Assembly: GCA_016212635.1 (NCBI GenBank)
Contig: JACRFR010000018.1
Span: 4,080 to 68,079, forward strand
Direction: 5' to 3'
Source of the DNA: Candidatus Liptonbacteria bacterium
GTDB taxonomy: Bacteria; Patescibacteriota; Minisyncoccia; UBA6257; 2-01-FULL-56-20
DNA: 64,000 nucleotides
The notes beneath the pieces were generated by a model. That model was given only the letters and a program-made list of their open reading frames with translations, searched no databases and was not told the origin of the DNA. Shown here piece after piece: positions 58,482 to 64,000 of the stretch (positions are counted from its first letter, which is position 1; each line of letters begins with the position of its first letter). The position numbers and the translations under genes are program-made.

Positions 58482-59477
58482 ATGGCGGTTTTTTTCGCGG
58501 TAGCCGCACTAGGGTTAGTGGCGGCCGGCGGTGCGGCCCAGAAGAATACAACTCCGCCCCCGCGCGGAATTTTAGGTGGTCCGGCCGGCGGCCACAACCC
58601 CTCTCTGCAAATAGCCCTGGCAGCCGTTGTGGCGGAGAATAGCGCCGCGCCCACCAATACCGAGGTTCATCCTTTGAGCCAGCTCGACGCCAGTTCCTTA
58701 AGCTCGAGTGCCGCGCTCATCACCGCGCCCGCCGGCCTGCGGCAGTTGTCTGATGCCGCAGCCGAATTAGCGATCTATCCGGCGCGTTCGGGCGACACCC
58801 TGCTTAACCTCGCGGATCGTTTTAGTCTGTCATTTCGCGAGCTTTCGGTTCTGAACCCCGAACTGCGCCGCCGCCCGCCCCAACCCGGAGCCGAAGTTAT
58901 TTTGCCGGTGGGCGGTTTAGTTTACCGCGCGCGCGCCGAAGATACCATTCCCAACATTGCCGCCGCCGCGCGGCTTTCATCCGCGGAACTGGCGGACCTG
59001 AATCAAATGTCCGAAGACGAAGCGGTGCGGGCCGGGACACCGATCATTGTTCCTCGTCTGGCCGCCGCCGGTACCGGCGAGACCGTGCCCAGTAAGCAGC
59101 CGCGCATCCGAACGTCCATGTTCCTACCGGCGGACGGTTTGAATTGGGGCCGCCTGCATGGTCATAACGCGGTGGACATTGCCGCCGCTTGCGGCACGCC
59201 GGTTTCCGCGGTGCTGGATGGTACGGTGGTGAGCGACCCCGAATACGGCAATAATACGGCGGATGAGTGGCATGGCGGCTATGGCCGATTTGTGATGATC
59301 GAGCACGCGAACGGGATTCGAACGCGCTACGCGCATCTCGAAAAAGCCATTGTATCCACTGGTGATTTCCTCAATCGCGGCCAGCCGATCGGCACGGTGG
59401 GCCGTTCCGGCGAGGCGACGGGCTGCCATGTCCATTTCGAAGTTTACGGTGCCGCCAATCCCTTTGTGAAAAGCTAG
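58482..59477 (+). CDS. LysM-domain M23 family peptidase
   Basis: GDTLLNLA-RF LysM, HNAVDIA, GGYG--V-IEH, YAHL, TGCHVHFEV. Confidence 0.88.
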   Translation: MAVFFAVAALGLVAAGGAAQKNTTPPPRGILGGPAGGHNPSLQIALAAVVAENSAAPTNTEVHPLSQLDASSLSSSAALITAPAGLRQLSDAAAELAIYPARSGDTLLNLADRFSLSFRELSVLNPELRRRPPQPGAEVILPVGGLVYRARAEDTIPNIAAAARLSSAELADLNQMSEDEAVRAGTPIIVPRLAAAGTGETVPSKQPRIRTSMFLPADGLNWGRLHGHNAVDIAAACGTPVSAVLDGTVVSDPEYGNNTADEWHGGYGRFVMIEHANGIRTRYAHLEKAIVSTGDFLNRGQPIGTVGRSGEATGCHVHFEVYGAANPFVKS

Positions 59478-59585
59478 GTCGGGTTTATTCCCCTCCTCGT
59501 CGAGGAGGGGCCAGGGAAGGTTCGGATCCCCAATTTCCCCTCCTCATTAAGGAGGGGCAAGGGGAGGTCGTTCCCTCGGTAGTTT

Positions 59586-60437
59586 TTAAGTCAAGGGCAA
59601 ACTACCCTCTGGCCTGGAAAAAGGAGAACTAGCCTGCCCGCGCGTCCGAATGTTTTCATCCAATCGTTTCGCCTCCGCCCAAGCCAACTCATAGATCTTC
59701 TTCATCGCGTCCGCGATCTCCGCGCTCTCAATAATAATGCCTAATTTTTCCCGCCAGGAAGCGATCATCACTTTATTGTCGTAGATGTCGATCTCCGGAG
59801 AAAAGTAATACTTATCCGGGGGCACGAACGCGACCTCCCGTTTTTCTTCTGCGTTGTGTGCGGTGCGTTCCAGAGCGATTGGGGTCTTGGGCACGATGCC
59901 CCGGATACTGATTCCCTTGGCCGCGCGCCGGGCGTAGTATTTAGGAAAATAATTTGGCAGGGCGCGGTGCATGTCGTCGATTGTGGCATAGGCCCGGATT
60001 GGTTCGTGCGAGGTCAGCGTGTCTTCGTAAACTTCGATTAAGCCCTCGCGGCCCTCGTAGAAACGCACCCGCGGTCTTTCTCCGGCGAGCTGCAGTGGTT
60101 TAAGTTGGGGGATTAATTGCTTGGCCAGTTTGGTTTGCTCCTGGGCCGCGTGCAGGCGCCGCTCTAAGACCTCGGTAATCTTATCCGGCGATTCGGTTAC
60201 GTACTCCTGCTTTGGTTCCCGGCCGGAGATGCGCACCATGCCGTATGCGACCAGGGTATCCAGTATGTCGTATCCAGTGGTCCGGTTTATACCCGCGGCG
60301 CGGGAGATCTGGGAAACCGTTCCCCGGCCCAGGGTCAGGAGGGCCAAGTAAGCCCCCGCCTCTTTCTCCGAGAACCCCAAACCCTCCAGGCCCCGCTGAA
60401 TTTCTGACTTTTCCTTTGCGATCTGTTTATTGGACAT
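59586..60437 (-). CDS. TrmB-family transcriptional regulator
   Basis: LGFSEKEAGAYLALL-LG, GINRTTGYDIL, PRVRFYEGREG, IYDNKV, IIIES. Confidence 0.88.
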   Translation of the reverse strand: MSNKQIAKEKSEIQRGLEGLGFSEKEAGAYLALLTLGRGTVSQISRAAGINRTTGYDILDTLVAYGMVRISGREPKQEYVTESPDKITEVLERRLHAAQEQTKLAKQLIPQLKPLQLAGERPRVRFYEGREGLIEVYEDTLTSHEPIRAYATIDDMHRALPNYFPKYYARRAAKGISIRGIVPKTPIALERTAHNAEEKREVAFVPPDKYYFSPEIDIYDNKVMIASWREKLGIIIESAEIADAMKKIYELAWAEAKRLDENIRTRGQASSPFSRPEGSLPLT

Positions 60438-60445
60438 GTGCCCAG

Positions 60446-60559
60446 ATTATACCCACCCCCTAATTGTGTCAATAGTCATCCACAAAACACAAAATATCCT
60501 TATAAAGTAAGTATAAAACAGACACATGCTATTGACAATGTACTTATATATGATATAAT
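60446..60559. promoter_or_regulatory. Divergent sigma70 promoters
   Basis: Minus strand TTGACA...TATAAT 8 nt before the trmB ATG; plus strand TTGACA(60532)-N16-TATAAT(60554) followed by AGGAGG. Confidence 0.75.
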
Positions 60560-60575
60560 CCCAGTAGGAGGTAGT

Positions 60576-61028
60576 ATGACCTACAGGGCGCTGTTCGAAA
60601 ACCCCAGGTTTGTCATTCCGGCGAAAGCCGGAATCCAGGTTTTCTTAGTCACTGGATCCCGGGTCAAGCCCGGGATGACACTCGGCAAGCGGGGGAATCA
60701 ATGTTTTCGAACAGCGCCGACCTACAAAGTTATCGATCGGTTGCCGCCGCGCGGTGGTGCATTTGACCCCGATGTCGCAAAGGCCGTGGCGGCCGGCTAC
60801 GATTTGACAATTCACTACACGTTTCAGGAGGGAGAAGGCTGGTCTTGTTTCGTTGCGGTTCGGGACCGACATGATAATCCGCCGAACTATACCAAGATTT
60901 TAGCGGACCCTCGCTTCGTGAACGCCCTGGAAGTTGCAGGGTTGGCCAACTTTCGGTACACAGGCGGCGCGGAAAGCGACGAGGAATTGATCAAGGCGCT
61001 GAAAGAGATATTCCCGACCCTGTACTGA
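60576..61028 (+). CDS. Small hypothetical protein with in-frame MITE insertion
   Basis: SD AGGAGG; MTYR[MITE peptide]TYKVIDRLP...; frame remains open. Confidence 0.7.
   Translation: MTYRALFENPRFVIPAKAGIQVFLVTGSRVKPGMTLGKRGNQCFRTAPTYKVIDRLPPRGGAFDPDVAKAVAAGYDLTIHYTFQEGEGWSCFVAVRDRHDNPPNYTKILADPRFVNALEVAGLANFRYTGGAESDEELIKALKEIFPTLY
60587..60718. mobile_element. 132-bp MITE, second copy
   Basis: Same TIRs as 19766-19897 with one substitution; 9-bp TSD gacctacag/gacctacaa. Confidence 0.9.
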
Positions 61029-61362
61029 CCCTCCTTTCGGTTTTATCAAGGGGAAGACCGCCGTTTCCCCGCTTGTCCCGCACCGTGTTTTACTCTGGTG
61101 CGGGACCTACCCGGCACCCCGATGCATACGGGCGCCAGGTAGAATTTTTCATCGGATGACCCCGGTCTTACGATGACCAAATATTATCGGTTCTGTGGTC
61201 ATCGTAAGACACAGAATTTAGTTTTGGTTTCTTGGCCGGATAAAATCAATATCTGGTTATCTGATGACCAGACACGCAGACAATATTGGGTCATCAGATA
61301 ACGAAGACGTCGGATAACAGGACGGTTAGTCGTCGGACGGCAAATGGCGTAGCATTAAACTT

Positions 61363-63219
61363 ATGAACTCCGAGGCTAAACAGTGTCAGAGTTGTAAGCA
61401 AGATTTCTCAATCGAGCCCGCCGATTTCGATTTCTACCGTAAGATCGACGTACCCCCTCCGACATTTTATTGGAAGTGCCGCCTGGCCCGACGCCTAGTT
61501 TGGCGGAACGAACGTTCTCTATATAAGAGAGCGTGCGATCTGTGCCACAAAAACGTCATCTCCATGTATCCGGCGGAGGCGCCCTTCCCGGTATACTGCC
61601 ATGATTGCTGGTGGGGTGACAGCTGGTCCCCTGTCGATTATGGCCGCGAGTACGATTTTCAAAAACCATTCTTTGAGCAGTTCGCGGACCTGCAGAAAGT
61701 TGTGCCCAAGCCCGCCGCTTATGCTACAGGCAACGTGAATAGCGACTACTGCAACTACACCGCCCACATGAAGGAAGGCTATCTGATGTTCGGTAGTTGG
61801 TTCTCGGAAAATTGTGGTTACGGGCAGACAGTTTTAGAGAGTAAGGATTGCTGGGATTGCATGTTCGTCAAAAACTGCGAGCTATGCCTATCCTCTGTGG
61901 ATTGCACTAAGTGCAACCAGACACACTTCAGTCAAAAATGTTCGGACTGCTTCGCCTCGGCGTTCCTGTATGATTGCAAGAACTGCCAGAACTGCTTGTT
62001 CTGCTTCAATCTGCGGGGCAAGAGCTACCACATTTTTAACCAGCCGGTGTCCCGGGAAGAGTTTGAAAAGACCAAGAAAGAAATAATGGGTTCGTTTACT
62101 GCGCTTCAAAAAGCCAGGGCTGATTTCCAAGAAATGGCGCGGGCCAAGGCGATACATAAATCCATGACCGGAGATCGCAACAATAACGCCTCGGGAGAGT
62201 TCATTTATAATTCCAAGAACGTCCAGCGCTCGTACTATATTCACGACGGGGAGAATGAAAAATATGCGGTGCGCGGGGGCAAGGGACAGAAGGACGCCAT
62301 GGATGTCTTCGGCGTGCATGCAGGTGAACTGGCCTACGAATGCAACAACATCGATTTTTCCTCGCGCTGCCTCTTCAGTATCAACGGCGAGAACAATATC
62401 AACTCGGATTACCTGGCAGACTCATTCAATGTTAAGAACTCTTTTGGGTGCATCTCCTTGCGCCAGAAGGAGTATTGCATCTTGAACAAGCAATATGACG
62501 AGAAAACAGTTAAAGAACTCCGGGAAAAGATAATCACCCACATGTCGGCGCAACCCTACGTGGATCAAAAAGGCAGAACTTATGCCTACGGTGAGCTTTT
62601 TCCGATCGAGATAGCCCCCTCTGCCTATAACGAAACCCTGGCCCAGGAATACCTTCCTCTCACTGCGGAGCGGGCAGTGGAACTGGGATATGCCTGGCAT
62701 GCGATAGAGGATAAAAGCTATACCGCGTCTAAGAATTGGAAAGACCTACCCGACACCATCGGCGAAGTCGACGATGCCATTCTCTCCGAAGTTGTCTTGT
62801 GCCAAGCCTGGGACAGCGATAAGAAGTTGGCCCAGGAACATAAGTGCAGTAAGGCTTTTAAGATTACGCCCAACGAACTGGCCATGTACCGAAAATGGAA
62901 CACTCCCCTGCCGCGCCAATGCCCCAACACCAGAAATTTCGAATTATTCCAACTGCGCAACCCGGTGGACTTCTGGCCCCGTCATTGCCAGTGCTCTGGC
63001 AATGCGCAGATCAACGCTGAACCGACGCGGATTAACGCGGAAACAGACAACCTCACCCAACCTCTCCTTTCTAAGGAGAGGAGCGGAGAGGTGTATCGGA
63101 ATACCGTGCAGCATTTCCACGGCGCCGAACCGTGCCCGAATGAGTTCGAAACATCTTACGCGCCAGAACGGCCAGAGATCATATATTGTGAATCATGCTA
63201 CAATGCGGAAGTAGTATGA
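61363..63219 (+). CDS. Cys-rich hypothetical protein (CPR-type multi-CxxC family)
   Basis: CQSCKQDF, R--WRNERSLYKR-CDLC, YCHDCWW, Cys-rich repeats, ILNKQY, C-terminal FETSYAPERPE-IYCESCY. Confidence 0.75.
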   Translation: MNSEAKQCQSCKQDFSIEPADFDFYRKIDVPPPTFYWKCRLARRLVWRNERSLYKRACDLCHKNVISMYPAEAPFPVYCHDCWWGDSWSPVDYGREYDFQKPFFEQFADLQKVVPKPAAYATGNVNSDYCNYTAHMKEGYLMFGSWFSENCGYGQTVLESKDCWDCMFVKNCELCLSSVDCTKCNQTHFSQKCSDCFASAFLYDCKNCQNCLFCFNLRGKSYHIFNQPVSREEFEKTKKEIMGSFTALQKARADFQEMARAKAIHKSMTGDRNNNASGEFIYNSKNVQRSYYIHDGENEKYAVRGGKGQKDAMDVFGVHAGELAYECNNIDFSSRCLFSINGENNINSDYLADSFNVKNSFGCISLRQKEYCILNKQYDEKTVKELREKIITHMSAQPYVDQKGRTYAYGELFPIEIAPSAYNETLAQEYLPLTAERAVELGYAWHAIEDKSYTASKNWKDLPDTIGEVDDAILSEVVLCQAWDSDKKLAQEHKCSKAFKITPNELAMYRKWNTPLPRQCPNTRNFELFQLRNPVDFWPRHCQCSGNAQINAEPTRINAETDNLTQPLLSKERSGEVYRNTVQHFHGAEPCPNEFETSYAPERPEIIYCESCYNAEVV

Positions 63220-63363
63220 TTCTCTTTTTGTATAAGCCGACGCCCTGGTCGGCTCCCCGACAGAATCGTCGGGGTTGCGAACAGTGTTACCAGCAAGAAG
63301 TTGCGTAGCAATCCTCATTCTACTCGCCATTCTACTCGCCCCCTTCACGCATCGCCTCCCCAC

Positions 63364-63664
63364 CCAAATCACACGATTGTCCGATCGTCCAATCGTGTGA
63401 TTTGGCAAACGGTTACAACTAATTTGCAACGAAAACGAATCCGTAACGAATATGTTTGGATAACTTACTCCATGCCCCGATACATATCGGATCTACGGGG
63501 TGTTACCAAGCGGAAGTGGTCCAATCTAAAATAATTCAGCCGCTGTCCTCCAGCGCCTTCCTAATCTGAAGATAGTGCTGGCCACAGTGGCTCCTGTCTC
63601 CCTGCAATGTGTCGATGGTTTCTGTTACGCACACGGTTGGACGATCATCCAACCGTGTGCGTAA
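63364..63664. repeat. Two related perfect palindromes (63364-63405 and 63625-63664)
   Basis: CACACGATTG..CGATC..CAATCGTGTG and CACACGGTTGGA-CGATCA-TCCAACCGTGTG, with compensatory changes. Confidence 0.7.
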
Positions 63665-63754
63665 GGAATAGCGGTGCAAACTAACACGAAGCGCTTGTCG
63701 CCGCTTGCCCGCTTCGAGTATTGTTTTCACCGTGAAAATGTATAAAATGAAAAT

Positions 63755-64000
63755 ATGACCCTAGAAGAAGTCAAACAAAAAGCAGGTCCGATCTTGGAGC
63801 GACACGGGGTTACTTATGCCGCTATTTTCGGCAGCTTGGCGCGCGGGGAGGATAGTCCCCAAAGCGACGTGGATATCCTCGTGCGCCTCGGTCGCCCCAC
63901 GGGCATGATCGGCTACATGCGGCTCATCGAGAACCTCGAGACAACTCTTCAGAAAAAAATTGATTTAGTCACGGAACAAGGTCTCAATAAGCGCGTGCGC
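63755..64000 (+). CDS. Minimal nucleotidyltransferase (MNT) antitoxin-like protein, 3'-truncated by window
   Basis: MTLEEVKQKAGPILERHGVTYAAIFGSLARGEDSPQSDVDILV...KKIDLVT (GS-x10-DxD). Confidence 0.85.
   Translation, partial: MTLEEVKQKAGPILERHGVTYAAIFGSLARGEDSPQSDVDILVRLGRPTGMIGYMRLIENLETTLQKKIDLVTEQGLNKRVR

Noticed and set aside
1-64000. Diversity-generating retroelement, retron or prophage
   Set aside because: No reverse transcriptase, TR/VR pair or phage structural genes were recognised.

Overview
Bacterial chromosome segment spanning the replication origin (dnaN-dnaA divergent from rpmH-rnpA-yidC-jag). The gene set, the apparent leaderless promoters and the CPR-type hypothetical proteins suggest Patescibacteria/Parcubacteria (inference). 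Housekeeping genes include murE, ruvA/B/C, rpsT, holA, pyrG, polA, tsaE, a pilB-like ATPase, yebC, a class A PBP, rsmA and an intein-containing pcrA/uvrD. Accessory content: a tRNA-Arg(CCG)-anchored island at 1-9.1 kb (giant HrpA-like helicase, nonsense-inactivated serine recombinase, ImmA/DUF4411 pair, att-flanked single-gene cassette), a type III R-M locus with an embedded NYN gene, a DUF3800 gene next to a collapsed type ISP R-M relic, and a VirB4/PrgI/VirB6-like cluster. Most notable: (i) two unrelated nuclease-fold genes (DUF3800, NYN), each facing a convergent promoter-driven small structured RNA that ends at the gene's stop codon and follows TGTGGATAACT; (ii) a MITE family with shared TIRs, 9-bp target duplications and swappable palindromic cargo that inserts in frame, including into the polA C-terminus; (iii) an orphan ~200-nt multibranch ncRNA; (iv) an intein with a GIY-YIG-like rather than canonical LAGLIDADG core. 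All calls come from motif reading by eye; no database searches were run.
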